Source: an uncultured Pseudomonadota bacterium
Lineage (GTDB): Bacteria > Pseudomonadota > Gammaproteobacteria > Burkholderiales > CAIKXV01
Direction: 5' to 3'
Length of the DNA: 64,000 bases
Assembly (NCBI GenBank): GCA_903831455.1
Contig: CAIKXV010000296.1
Span: 3,363-67,362 of the forward strand
Shown here: positions 41,409 through 57,952 of the stretch, in pieces
How the letters are laid out: every line of letters starts with the position of its first letter
Position numbering within the stretch: position 1 is the stretch's first letter
Position numbers and translations under genes: made by a program
Notes under the pieces: model-generated
Told to the model about the DNA's origin: nothing
The model's database searches: none
What the model saw: the letters and a program-made list of their open reading frames with translations, nothing else

Positions 41409-41426
41409 CGTCAACCTGTCCTGACA
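41409..41426 (-). promoter_or_regulatory. near-consensus PpsR-type site upstream of bchG (TGT-N12-ACG on the minus strand)
   Basis: Minus strand TGTCAGGACAGGTTGACG, 30-47 nt upstream of the bchG ATG. One mismatch to TGT-N12-ACA. Overlaps an 8-bp hairpin palindrome. Confidence 0.3.
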
Positions 41427-41442
41427 CCGCATGTGTCAGGAA

Positions 41443-42876
41443 TCAGGGGGTCTCCGCCTCCGGTTCGGGTCCGAGATCGCCGAGTCCGTAGCGCCGGAGC
41501 TTGACGTACAGGCTCTGCCGGCTGAGGCCGAGCATTTCGGCGGCGGAGGCGCGGTTGTCCCGGGACAGTTCCAGCGCGGCCTCGATGCACAGCCGCTCGA
41601 TCACGTCGGTGGTCTCGCGGACCAGTTCCTTGAGGGATACGCGGCCGACGAGTTCGGTGAGCTGCTCGACCGAACGAGGCAGGACGCGGCCGGCACGGCC
41701 TTCGGCGGAGGGGCGACGGCTCACGTTGCGGATCGAGAACCCGAGGCAGGGCGGATCGCTGCGCAGCGCGGAGACCGCGGAGATCTCCACGTCGGTGGTC
41801 CCGCCGTATTCACCGCGCAAGGCGGTGGAGAACAGGCGGACCGTGCCGTGCTGCCGCAGGTTGGCGAGCAGCGCGTTGAGATCCACGCCCGGCCGCCCCA
41901 GCCAGCGATCGATCGACTGGCCTCGAACCTGCTCCTCGGCGGCGAGCTGGGTGTAGTCGACGAACGCCCGGTTGGCGGCCAGCACGGCACCATCGGGGTC
42001 GGTGAGCACGAAACCGTCAGGCAGCCCTGCGATCACCTCGGCCAGCCGTTGCTCCTGTCCGGGTGCCAGCTGCGGCCCGGCCACCCCGGCCACCGGGCTC
42101 AGGCGCACGAGGAACATCGAGGCGTCGTCCTGGCGGAACATCGAGGCGACGACCCTGAACTCCGACTTGCCGTCGGCCAGCCGCACCAGGATTTCCTCGG
42201 GGTTCGCACCGGCGCGCACCGCGCCGAGCATGCGCTGCAGGGCCTGCGTACCCGGGGAGTCGAATCCGTCCGGGAAGGCGCGGCCAGCCAGCTTGCGCAC
42301 GTGCTCTCCGAGCAGCCGGGCCGCGGCTGGATTCGCCTCGACCACGCGCTGGTTGGCCGCGTCGACGATCAGCACCGCCTCCGAGGCCATCTGGAACAGC
42401 AGCCGGTAGCGGGCTTCGGCGTGGCGAAGTCGCAGGTAGTCGCGTTCCATCGACTGCTGGACGTCGAGCAGTCGCTGCTGGAGCGCGGCGACCGGCCGCA
42501 GGTCGCGCCCGACCGCGACGATGCGGCCCCGGGTGCCGATCGGCACCGCCGAGTAGAGCATCGCCACTTCGCCCGACGGCGTGGGATGGTTGACCTGCCG
42601 CCAGCGGGAGGGCACGTGGCCCGATGCGTCGCGCAGCAAATCCTCGATCTTGCGGCGGCTCTCGACGGTGACCGTGTCGAGCCAGGGTTTGCCGATCCAC
42701 CCGTCGAGGCTTTCCGCGGGTAGCGAGTCGCTGCCGATGGCGAGGTCGCGGATCACGCCCCCGGCATCGATGACGAGGGTGACGTCCCCGGTGGCCGCGA
42801 GCAGACGCGAGGCTGATTCCGCGTCCACTTCGGCCAGCGACCGGGAGGGAGACCTGAACTGCCGTGCTGCTTCCAC
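41443..42876 (-). CDS. ppsR: photosynthesis gene repressor PpsR/CrtJ (PAS domains plus C-terminal Fis-type HTH)
   Basis: 477-aa ORF with several PAS-like segments. C-terminal NRASAAEMLGLSRQSLYVKLRRYGL. Lies next to ppaA and bchG. Confidence 0.9.
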   Translation of the reverse strand: MEAARQFRSPSRSLAEVDAESASRLLAATGDVTLVIDAGGVIRDLAIGSDSLPAESLDGWIGKPWLDTVTVESRRKIEDLLRDASGHVPSRWRQVNHPTPSGEVAMLYSAVPIGTRGRIVAVGRDLRPVAALQQRLLDVQQSMERDYLRLRHAEARYRLLFQMASEAVLIVDAANQRVVEANPAAARLLGEHVRKLAGRAFPDGFDSPGTQALQRMLGAVRAGANPEEILVRLADGKSEFRVVASMFRQDDASMFLVRLSPVAGVAGPQLAPGQEQRLAEVIAGLPDGFVLTDPDGAVLAANRAFVDYTQLAAEEQVRGQSIDRWLGRPGVDLNALLANLRQHGTVRLFSTALRGEYGGTTDVEISAVSALRSDPPCLGFSIRNVSRRPSAEGRAGRVLPRSVEQLTELVGRVSLKELVRETTDVIERLCIEAALELSRDNRASAAEMLGLSRQSLYVKLRRYGLGDLGPEPEAETP

Positions 42877-42908
42877 TGCTGCCGGTCTCCCTGCGAAATG
42901 GGTCGTCG

Positions 42909-43781
42909 CTAATGCTGCGCGGCTAGCAGGCCTACCATCGCCTGCCCTTGCTGGACCGCGTGCAAGGCATCGTGGGCCGTCGCGTCGGCACCGACACGCG
43001 CGACCCAGTCCGGGTTCTGGGTAAACAGGGGGCCACCCACCAGCACGCCGATGTGGCGATTGCGTGACACCCTGCGGATCGCATGGATCGTACGCGCAAG
43101 AGTGTCAAGGTGGCGTTCCGCGGAAAGTGACAAGCCCACGAGATCGAACCACTGGTCCCTGACGTTGTCCACAGGTTCGGTGCCCGCCTCGGAAATCTCG
43201 TCGTGCACGGTCCAGCCGGCACGACGGAAGAATTCGGCAACGATGGACAGGCCGAAGCCGTGCTGCTCGCCGGGCGTGAGCCGCAGCAGAACCTTGCGCG
43301 GTTCGTCCGGGCTCCGCGTCGGGGGGCCGCCGACGCCGCGAAGTTCGTGCATCACGGCCTGCAGACGCCACAGCCCGATCGTCACGTCGGTGAACGAGCA
43401 GCGATCCTCCTCCCAGGCGCCGCCGGCGCCCCGGGCAGCCGGCGCCAGCAGTTCGAGGTAGGCCGCTTCCAGGGACAGCCCGTCGGCGATCAGGGCGCGC
43501 ACGAACTCCAGAGCGGCGTCCGGGTCCTGGCCGAGCGCGAGCTGGGTCAGGCGGTCGATGTCCGCCTGCCGCGGATGCGACGGCCGGGGCGACAGGCCCG
43601 CCGGATCGATGGCATGGGCCAGCATCAGGCGCGGGATGATCTCGCCCTCGATCGTGCGCAGCAGCCCGGGCGTGACCCGGGCCGCTGGGCGCAAAGGCTC
43701 GTCGTCGGAGCCTCCGGGACGCTCGCGTCCGGGTAGCGCCGTCGGTGGCGAATCCCTGTCGTCATCGGACATTCCAGCCAT
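42909..43781 (-). CDS. ppaA: cobalamin-binding antirepressor PpaA/AerR
   Basis: 290-aa ORF. C-terminal B12-binding-domain-like region (EQHGFGL...DLVGLSLS...VLVGG). Divergent from bchF and upstream of ppsR. Confidence 0.8.
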   Translation of the reverse strand: MAGMSDDDRDSPPTALPGRERPGGSDDEPLRPAARVTPGLLRTIEGEIIPRLMLAHAIDPAGLSPRPSHPRQADIDRLTQLALGQDPDAALEFVRALIADGLSLEAAYLELLAPAARGAGGAWEEDRCSFTDVTIGLWRLQAVMHELRGVGGPPTRSPDEPRKVLLRLTPGEQHGFGLSIVAEFFRRAGWTVHDEISEAGTEPVDNVRDQWFDLVGLSLSAERHLDTLARTIHAIRRVSRNRHIGVLVGGPLFTQNPDWVARVGADATAHDALHAVQQGQAMVGLLAAQH

Positions 43782-44015
43782 ACCACCCCCGTTCCTCGCA
43801 CCGGCGCGGACACTGCACCCCGCCGGGGTCGAACACCCGCAACCGCGGGAACCCCTATCCGACGCAGTACGCGGTCCGGTACCGAGGCCCCGAGGGGCGG
43901 ATCGATCCGGACGTCTTGTTAGGGAGGCGGCAATGACCGAGCGACGTCGCCCGCAGGAAAGGAGGCCCCGTGCCGGACAGCCGAGGGAACCTCACCCACC
44001 CCTTCACGATACGCC

Positions 44016-44032
44016 TGTCGCGCGGGAATACA
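44016..44032. promoter_or_regulatory. PpsR-like palindrome with non-canonical spacing (TGT-N11-ACA)
   Basis: TGTCGCGCGGGAATACA in the ppaA/bchF divergent region. Spacing is 11 nt, not 12. Confidence 0.2.
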
Positions 44033-44069
44033 ACTACCCGCCGCGCATCAGACACCTCCGCCGCCGAAT

Positions 44070-44087
44070 TGTCAATCGGCATGGACG
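44070..44087. promoter_or_regulatory. near-consensus PpsR-type site upstream of bchF (TGT-N12-ACG)
   Basis: TGTCAATCGGCATGGACG lies 74-91 nt upstream of the proposed bchF GTG. A TTGACA hexamer follows at 44098..44103. Confidence 0.3.
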
Positions 44088-44123
44088 TTAACTCAGGTTG
44101 ACAGTTCGGGGAGCGGGGTCTAG

Positions 44124-46016
<1,893 letters not shown>

Positions 46017-46026
46017 GAGTCCCCGC

Positions 46027-47611
46027 ATGCAACTGACGCTCTGGACCTACGAAGGACCTCCGCACGTCGGGGCCATGCGCGTGGCCACCTCGATGCGCGA
46101 GGTGCACTACGTGCTGCACGCCCCCCAGGGCGATACCTACGCCGACCTGCTGTTCACGATGATCGAGCGCCAGGACCGGCGGCCCCCGGTTACCTACACC
46201 ACCTTCCAGGCGCGCGATCTCGGCGGCAGCACGGCCGAGATGGTGAAGGACGCCGTGGCCGAAGCCTGGGAGCGCCATCGCCCCCAGGCGATGCTGGTGG
46301 GCGAGTCCTGCACGGCCGAACTGCTGCAGGACCAGGCCGGCACGCTGGGCCAGACGCTGGGCCTGCCCATCCCGGTGGTGCCGCTCGAACTGCCCGCCTA
46401 CTCGAAGAAGGAATGCTGGGGCGCGGCCGAAACGTTCTACCAGCTCACGCGCGCAGTGCTCGCCGACCGCGTCCCGCCGCCCGGGACGGTTCGCCCCACG
46501 CGTGGCGAGGGCGTGCGCCCGCGCGCGAACCTGCTGGGCGCCACCGCGCTGGGCTTTCGCTGTCGCGACGACGTGGTGGAGATCACGCGGCTGCTCGCGG
46601 ACCTGGGTGTCGACGTGAACGTCGTGGCGCCGCTGGGCGCAAGCCCCGAGGACCTGCGCCGCATCCCCGAGGCCGACTTCAACGTCGATCTCTACCCCGA
46701 GGTGTCGCGCACGCTCTGCGGCTGGCTGCAGCGCGCCTTCGGCATGCCGGCGACCCGCACGATCCCGATGGGCGTCAATGGCACCCGGGCCTTCGTGGCC
46801 GAGGTGGCCACGCTGGCCGGGCTGTCGGCCGAGTCCTTCCTCGAACGCGAGCGGCCGGGCGAGGCCGGACTGGACGCCTCGCGCTCGAGACTGGCGTGGT
46901 ACTCGCGCTCGGTGGACTCCACCTACCTCACCGGCAAGCGGGTGTTCATCTTCGCCGACGCCACCCACGCGGTGGCCGCAGCCCGCATCGCGGCGAGCGA
47001 GATGGGGTTCACGGTGGTGGGACTGGGCACGTTCTCGCGCGAATTCGCGCGCGAGGTGCGCGAGGCGGCGCGCGAACACGGCGTCGAGCCGCTGATCACC
47101 GACGATTACCTTCAGGTCGAGCGCGCGATCGCCGAGGCGGCGCCGGAACTGGTGCTGGGCACCCAGATGGAGCGCCACATCGCCAAGCGGCTGGGCATCG
47201 CCTGCGCGGTGATTTCGTCTCCCATCCACGTGCAGGACGTGCCCGCCCGCTACAGCCCGGTGTACGGCTTCGAAGGCGCGAACGTGCTCTTCGACAGCTG
47301 GGTGCATCCGCTGGTGATGGGTCTGGAAGAGCACCTGCTGCAGATGTTCCGCGAGGACTTCGAGTTCAACGACCGCGCGCCCGCCTCGCACCTGCCGGTG
47401 CCCGCGCGTGCCCCGCAGCCTGCCGACGAGGCCTTGGCGCCGCCCGGCGCGCCGGAGCCCGCTGCGGCGCCGACCGCTGCGCCGGCGTGGTCATCGGACG
47501 GTGAACTCGAGCTTCGCAAGATTCCGTTCTTCGTGCGCGGCAAGGCGCGCCGCAACACCGAGCGCTTCGCCCAGGAGCGAGGCATCGCCACGATCACCGT
47601 CGAGACCCTCT

Positions 47612-47640
<29 letters not shown>
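46027..47640 (+). CDS. bchB: light-independent protochlorophyllide reductase subunit B
   Basis: 537-aa [34 protein letters not shown]-terminal [18 protein letters not shown]. Confidence 0.95.
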
Positions 47641-52415
<4,775 letters not shown>

Positions 52416-52422
52416 GCGCGCG

Positions 52423-53145
52423 ATGATGGATGTCGTCACCTCCTACCAGCGGCGGCGCGGGCAGATCGAGCACTACTTCGACCGCACCGCGGCCGACGCC
52501 TGGGCGCGGCTCACCTCGAAGGCACCGGTCAGCGGGATCCGCGCCACCGTGCGTGCCGGGCGCGACCGCATGCGCGCGACGCTGCTCGACTGGCTGCCGC
52601 CCGACCTGCACGGTCGCCGCGTGCTCGACGCCGGCTGCGGTACCGGCGCGCTGGCCGTCGAGGCCGCGGTCCGCGGCGCCGATGTGGTCGCGGTGGACCT
52701 CTCGCCCACGCTCGTGGCGCTCGCGCGCGAGCGGGTACCCGCGGAGATCGCGGCACGCGCCCCGGGGCCGGGTTCGGTCCGCTTCCTCTCCGGCGACATG
52801 CTTGATCCTTCGCTGGGCGAATTCGACCACGTGGTCGGCATGGACTCGCTGATCCACTACGATGAGCCGGACGTGTTGCGCGTGCTGGCGGCGCTGGCGG
52901 CGCGTACCCGCGGCTCGATGCTGTTCACGTTCGCGCCGCGCACCCCTGCGCTCGCGCTCATGCATGGCGTCGGTCGCCTCTTCCCGCGCGGCGATCGCGC
53001 ACCGATGATCCAGCCGCTCGCCGAGGAGCGCCTGCGCCGGGCCATCGGCGCCGAGCCGGCGTTGGCCGCGTGGCGCTGCGGGCGGACGCTGCGGGTGAGC
53101 AGCGGCTTCTACATCTCGCAGGCTCTGGAGCTCGCGCGCTCGTGA
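52423..53145 (+). CDS. bchM: magnesium protoporphyrin IX methyltransferase
   Basis: 240-aa ORF. SAM motif VLDAGCGTGALA, DSLIHY. Confidence 0.92.
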   Translation: MMDVVTSYQRRRGQIEHYFDRTAADAWARLTSKAPVSGIRATVRAGRDRMRATLLDWLPPDLHGRRVLDAGCGTGALAVEAAVRGADVVAVDLSPTLVALARERVPAEIAARAPGPGSVRFLSGDMLDPSLGEFDHVVGMDSLIHYDEPDVLRVLAALAARTRGSMLFTFAPRTPALALMHGVGRLFPRGDRAPMIQPLAEERLRRAIGAEPALAAWRCGRTLRVSSGFYISQALELARS

Positions 53146-54629
53146 ACACCGCATCGGCGCCCCGCTCATCCGGCGCCCGCCTGCGGGCGGCGCTGTGGCA
53201 GGCAAGCCTGCGCGTCGCGCCGCGCTGGCGGGCGATCGCCCCGCGCTTCCTGCCCTTCGCCGATGCGGCGTCGGCCAGCCTGCCGCTGAGCCGGCTGCTG
53301 CGCCTGTCGATGTTCCAGTTGTCGGTGGGCATGGCCACCGCGCTCCTGGTCGGCACGCTCAATCGCGTGATGATCGTCGAACTGGGCGTCGGGGCCTGGC
53401 TGGTTGCGTTGATGGTGTCGTTGCCGGTGCTGGTCGCGCCGTTCCGCGCGCTCGTGGGCTACCGCTCGGACGTGCACCGATCCGCGCTCGGGTGGCGTCG
53501 CGTGCCCTACCTGTGGATGGGTTCGCTGCTGCAGTTCGGTGGGCTGGCGATCATGCCGTTCGCGTTGCTGCTGCTCACGGGGCAGGGCGAACTCGGGCTG
53601 GCCTGGCTGGGTCAGGCCGGGGCCGCGCTCGCGTTCCTGATGGTCGGGGCCGGCGTGCAGATGGTCCAGACCGCGGGGCTGGCGCTCGCCACCGACCTCG
53701 CCACCGAGGAGACGCGCCCGCGGGTGGTGGCCCTGATGTACGTGACGCTGCTGCTCGGGCTGGTGGGCAGCGGCTTCGCGTTCAGCATCGCGCTGGCCGA
53801 CTTCGGTCCGACGCGCCTGGTGCAGGTGATCCAGGCCGCCGCGGTGCTCACGCTGGCCTTCAACGTGATCGCGCTGTGGAAGCAGGAGGCGCGTCGGCCC
53901 TCCGCCACCGCGGGCGAGGCTACCGTGCAGGGCTTCCGGGCCACGTGGCGCGCGTTCATCGCGCAGCCCGGGGCGCGTCGCTTCCTCTGGAGCGTCGGGC
54001 TGGGCACGCTCGCGTTCAACATGCAGGACATCGTGCTCGAGCCCTACGGCGGCGAGATCCTCGGCATGGGCGTGGGCGAAACCTCGGCGCTGACCGGGCT
54101 TGCGGCCCTGGGTGCCCTGGCTGCCTTCGCGCTGGCCGCCCGACTCCTCAGCCGCGGCGGCGATGCCGCGCGGGTGGCGGCGCTGGGTGCGGTCGCGGGC
54201 CTGCCTGCGTTCGCGGCGGTCCTGCTCGCCGCGCCGCTGGAGGCGCCGACGCTGTTTCGAGCCGGCACGGTGCTGATCGGCTTCGGCGGCGGGCTGTTCG
54301 CCGTGGGCACGCTCAGCGCGGCGATGGCGATGGAGACGCCCGCCCACGTCGGACTCGCGCTGGGCGCATGGGGCGCGGTGCAGGCGACCTGCGCAGGCGT
54401 GGCGATCGCCGCGGGCGGAGTGCTGCGCGATGCGGTGTCGCATCTGGCGACGGCGGGTCTGCTCGGCGAAGTCCTCGCGCGCCCGGTGACCGGATACGGC
54501 GCCGTCTACTACCTCGAACTGTGCCTGCTGTTCGCGACGCTCGTGGCCATCGGGCCGCTGGTGCGCCCGATCCATCAGTTCCGGCGCGAGGGCCGCAGCC
54601 GCTTCGGGCTCGCCAACCTCCCCGGCTGA
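53142..54629 (+). CDS. lhaA: PucC-family LH1 assembly protein LhaA
   Basis: Proposed GTG 53142 forms a GTGA overlap with bchM. RLSMFQLSVGMATALLVGTLNRVMIVELGV, 12-TM MFS-like. Sits at the bchM-lhaA-puhA position. Confidence 0.85.
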   Translation: MNTASAPRSSGARLRAALWQASLRVAPRWRAIAPRFLPFADAASASLPLSRLLRLSMFQLSVGMATALLVGTLNRVMIVELGVGAWLVALMVSLPVLVAPFRALVGYRSDVHRSALGWRRVPYLWMGSLLQFGGLAIMPFALLLLTGQGELGLAWLGQAGAALAFLMVGAGVQMVQTAGLALATDLATEETRPRVVALMYVTLLLGLVGSGFAFSIALADFGPTRLVQVIQAAAVLTLAFNVIALWKQEARRPSATAGEATVQGFRATWRAFIAQPGARRFLWSVGLGTLAFNMQDIVLEPYGGEILGMGVGETSALTGLAALGALAAFALAARLLSRGGDAARVAALGAVAGLPAFAAVLLAAPLEAPTLFRAGTVLIGFGGGLFAVGTLSAAMAMETPAHVGLALGAWGAVQATCAGVAIAAGGVLRDAVSHLATAGLLGEVLARPVTGYGAVYYLELCLLFATLVAIGPLVRPIHQFRREGRSRFGLANLPG

Positions 54630-54767
54630 CGTCGTCCACCCCTTTCCCGTACATCCACCGCCAGCCTCGCCCCAACCCCGCCCCCAACCCTCTTCCGCCG
54701 CGCACGGGCGATGCCGTCGCCGCGCCATCGAGCATCACCGGCATCCGCCGGAACAAGGAGACCCGCC

Positions 54768-55529
54768 ATGGGATTCGGAGCCATCACCCAGTATGTCGAC
54801 GTCGCTCAGCTCGTGCTCTACGGGTTCTGGGCATTCTTCTTCGGCGTCATCTACTACCTCGTCCGGGAAAACCATCGGGAGGGCTACCCGATGGAGACCG
54901 ACGGCCATGCCCGCGGCGTGATCACCGGCTGGCCGGTCCCGCGTCCCAAGACCTACCGCCTCGCGCACGGGGGCGAGGTGAGCGTGCCCAACGATCGCCG
55001 TTCGCCGCAGACCCTCAACGCCGAACCCACCCACGGATGGATCGGTGCGCCGCTCGTGCCCACCGGCAATCCGCTGACCGCCGGCGTCGGGCCCGGGGCG
55101 TGGGCCGACCGCGCGGATGAGCCGGATCTCGACGAGCACGGTCACGCGAAGATCGTGCCGCTGCGCACCGCCGCGGATTTCTCGGTCGCGATCCAGGACA
55201 CCGATCCTCGCGGCCTGCCGGTGCTCGGCGCCGATGGTCGGGAGGCCGGTCGCGTGACCGATATGTGGGTCGACCGCATGGAGGTGATGTTCCGCTACCT
55301 CGAAGTGAAGGTGCCGGGCGTCGAGCGCACCGTGCTGCTGCCGGTCAACTTCACCCGGATCGGGCGCGATGCGGTCCGCGTCAAGGCCGTGCTCGCCGAC
55401 CAGTTCGCCGGCGTTCCGCTGACCCGGCATCCCGAGCAGATCACCCTGCTCGAGGAGGAGAAGATCACGGCGTACTTCGGCGCGGGCACGCTCTATGCCG
55501 AGCCGGGTCGTGCCGAGGCGCTGCTGTGA
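54768..55529 (+). CDS. puhA: photosynthetic reaction centre H subunit
   Basis: ATG 54768 preceded by AAGGAG. N-terminal TM LVLYGFWAFFFGVIYYL.REN.REGYP, C-terminal PRC-barrel region. Confidence 0.92.
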   Translation: MGFGAITQYVDVAQLVLYGFWAFFFGVIYYLVRENHREGYPMETDGHARGVITGWPVPRPKTYRLAHGGEVSVPNDRRSPQTLNAEPTHGWIGAPLVPTGNPLTAGVGPGAWADRADEPDLDEHGHAKIVPLRTAADFSVAIQDTDPRGLPVLGADGREAGRVTDMWVDRMEVMFRYLEVKVPGVERTVLLPVNFTRIGRDAVRVKAVLADQFAGVPLTRHPEQITLLEEEKITAYFGAGTLYAEPGRAEALL

Positions 55530-56206
55530 TGCGAGCGGTCCAGAACCACGGGCACGAGCACGAACTCGAGCCCCAGTACGGGTTGCCCGAGGAACTGCCG
55601 GGGAACGAGCGCGTGCTGTGGCAGGGCTCCCCGGACTGGCGATCGCTCGCCGTCCGGGCCTTCCACGTGCGCAAGGTCGCGATCTACTTCCTGCTGATCG
55701 TGGGGCTGCGCGTCGGGTTGATGGTCGACGACGGTGCCGGCGCGGGCGAGATCGCCGCCGACCTCGGTCGACTGCTGCCGCTTCCGCTGGCCGCGCTTGC
55801 GATGCTCGCGGCGCTCGCATGGCTGTCGGCCCGCACGACGGTCTATACCATCACCGACCGTCGCGTCGTGATGCGCATCGGCATCGTGCTCACGCTCACC
55901 TTCAACCTGCCGTTGCGGTTGCTGCACAACGCCGATCTGCACGCGGCCCCGGACGGGACGGCCGACATCGCGCTCCAGTTGCCTCCCGGGGACCGCATCG
56001 CGTGGCTGCACCTGTGGCCGCATGCACGCGCCTGGCATGTCCGCCATCCGCAGCCGATGCTGCGCAGCGTGCCGGACGGGCGCGCCGTGGCCGCCATCCT
56101 CGGCGGGGCATGGTCGGCGGCCACCGGGCTTGCGCTGGCCGGCGAGCGGCGCGAGGCGTCGTCCGCCGTGCCGACGGGCAGCCCCGACGGCGCGCTGGCG
56201 ACCTGA
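55529..56206 (+). CDS. puhB: photosynthetic complex assembly protein PuhB
   Basis: ATG 55529 overlaps the puhA TGA (TGATG). ERVLWQGSPDW, YTITDRRVVMRIGI blocks. Confidence 0.85.
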   Translation: MRAVQNHGHEHELEPQYGLPEELPGNERVLWQGSPDWRSLAVRAFHVRKVAIYFLLIVGLRVGLMVDDGAGAGEIAADLGRLLPLPLAALAMLAALAWLSARTTVYTITDRRVVMRIGIVLTLTFNLPLRLLHNADLHAAPDGTADIALQLPPGDRIAWLHLWPHARAWHVRHPQPMLRSVPDGRAVAAILGGAWSAATGLALAGERREASSAVPTGSPDGALAT

Positions 56207-56208
56207 CC

Positions 56209-56709
56209 ATGAACGCGCATGTGCAGGCGCGCGAAGCTCGAGCCGGCCTGTCGGCGGGTCCGCTGCTGCCGGGCGGGGCGCTCGTCGCCGTCGGGATCGT
56301 GCTCGCGGTGGCCGTGACGGCCGTCGGCTACGCCCGCCTGACCGGGCTGGAGGTCCGCGAGCCCGATGCGCGGGCAGTCGCCATCCGTGACTTGCGATTC
56401 GAGGACGGGGCGGATGGCAGCGTGGTGGTGATCGACGCGGCCAGCGGGGCGCAGGTCGAGCGCATCGCCGGCGAGCAGGGCTTCCTGCGCGGCGCGCTGC
56501 GCGCGCTGGCGCGCGAGCGCCGCATGCGCGGGCAGGGGGCGGCGCAGCCGTTCCAGCTGATCGCGCGCGCCGATGGCCGCCTGACGCTGGCCGATCCGGT
56601 CACGGGTCATCGCATCGACCTCGAGTCGTTCGGGCCGGCGAACGCCGGCGTATTCGCGCGGTTGCTGCTGGCGACGGCACCTGCCGCCGGCGAGCCCGCG
56701 ACTCGCTGA
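56209..56709 (+). CDS. puhC: photosynthetic complex assembly protein PuhC
   Basis: 166-aa ORF with a single N-terminal TM segment. FLRGALRALARER, RLTLADPVTG. Confidence 0.82.
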   Translation: MNAHVQAREARAGLSAGPLLPGGALVAVGIVLAVAVTAVGYARLTGLEVREPDARAVAIRDLRFEDGADGSVVVIDAASGAQVERIAGEQGFLRGALRALARERRMRGQGAAQPFQLIARADGRLTLADPVTGHRIDLESFGPANAGVFARLLLATAPAAGEPATR

Positions 56710-56844
56710 GGGATCCGGCTGCACGGACACGAGCACGGGGTTCGGAAGGGAACACGGGTTACGCGGCGTCGGCCATGGCCGACGCGACGATTCGACAGGG
56801 AGCTCCCGGGGCCGCGTGCCCCGATCTGAGGCAGGAGAAGCGAC

Positions 56845-57912
56845 ATGGATACCACCGCACCGAGCATCACCAGCGGAATCGAGGCAACGCGTCGGGCCGA
56901 GGCGAACACGATGCTGAGCCCGCGGTTCTACACGACCGACTTCGAGGCGATGAACCGCATGGATGTCACGCCCGTCCGCGCGGAATGGGACCGGCTGATG
57001 GCCGAGTTCGAGAGCGACGGCAACATCGACCACTTCAGGCGCACGCCGGAGTTCGTCTCCGAGATCCGCGAACTGCCCGAGGCGCTGCAACGCGAGTTCA
57101 TCGACTTCCTGATCACGTCGGTCACCTCCGAATTCTCCGGCTGCGTGCTCTACAAGGAGATCGAGAAGCACGTCGACAACCCGGACATCAAGCGGCTGAT
57201 GGGTTACATGGCGCGCGACGAGTCGCGGCATGCCGGCTTCATCAACCAGTCGCTGAAGGACTACGGCATCGCGGTCGACCTCGGTTTCCTCAAGCGCGAG
57301 AAGAAGTACACCTACTTCCGGCCGAAGTTCATCCTGTACGCGACCTACCTGTCCGAGAAGATCGGCTACGCGCGCTACATCTCGATCTTCCGGCAGCTCG
57401 AGAAGCACCCGGAGCACCGCTTCCACCCCATCTTCAAGTGGTTCCAGCGCTGGTGCAACGACGAGTTCCGCCACGGCGAGTCGCTCGCGCTGCTGATGCG
57501 TGCCGATCCGAAGCTGCTCACCGGGGTCAACCGGCTGTGGATCCGCTTCTTCCTGCTCGCGGTCTACGCGACGATGTACGTGCGCGACCACACCCGCCCC
57601 GAACTGCATCACGCGCTGGGCCTGGACTCGACCCAGTACGACATGCAGGTGCTGCGCATCACCTCCGAGATCTCGCGCCAGATCTTCCCGTTCGAGCTGT
57701 CGATCGACGACCCGCGCTTCCGCGCCGGGCTCGAACGGCTGTGCCGGATCGGCCAGGCGAGCGACCGCGCGAAGGCGCGCGGCGGCCTGATCGGTGGGCT
57801 GCAGCGGGGCGCGCTGGCGGTCGCGGGACTGGCCACCTTCGCGCGGCTGTACCTGCTGCCGGTGCGGCCAAACACGCTGCCCGACCGCGTGCTGATGGCG
57901 CCGGCGTGGTGA
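56845..57912 (+). CDS. acsF: aerobic Mg-protoporphyrin IX monomethyl ester oxidative cyclase
   Basis: 355-aa [13 protein letters not shown], di-iron motifs EFSGC and RDESRHAGF / NDEFRHGE. Confidence 0.95.
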   Translation: MDTTAPSITSGIEATRRAEANTMLSPRFYTTDFEAMNRMDVTPVRAEWDRLMAEFESDGNIDHFRRTPEFVSEIRELPEALQREFIDFLITSVTSEFSGCVLYKEIEKHVDNPDIKRLMGYMARDESRHAGFINQSLKDYGIAVDLGFLKREKKYTYFRPKFILYATYLSEKIGYARYISIFRQLEKHPEHRFHPIFKWFQRWCNDEFRHGESLALLMRADPKLLTGVNRLWIRFFLLAVYATMYVRDHTRPELHHALGLDSTQYDMQVLRITSEISRQIFPFELSIDDPRFRAGLERLCRIGQASDRAKARGGLIGGLQRGALAVAGLATFARLYLLPVRPNTLPDRVLMAPAW

Positions 57913-57952
57913 GCGTGGCACTCCGCCGACCGCGGGGCGACGGAATCCGCCG

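Noticed and set aside
43855-44082. Small ORFs (43625..43813, 43745..43936, 43855..44082) in the ppaA-bchF divergent region.
   Set aside because: They have no RBS, no recognisable product and overlapping frames. The region is better explained as a regulatory or promoter region.
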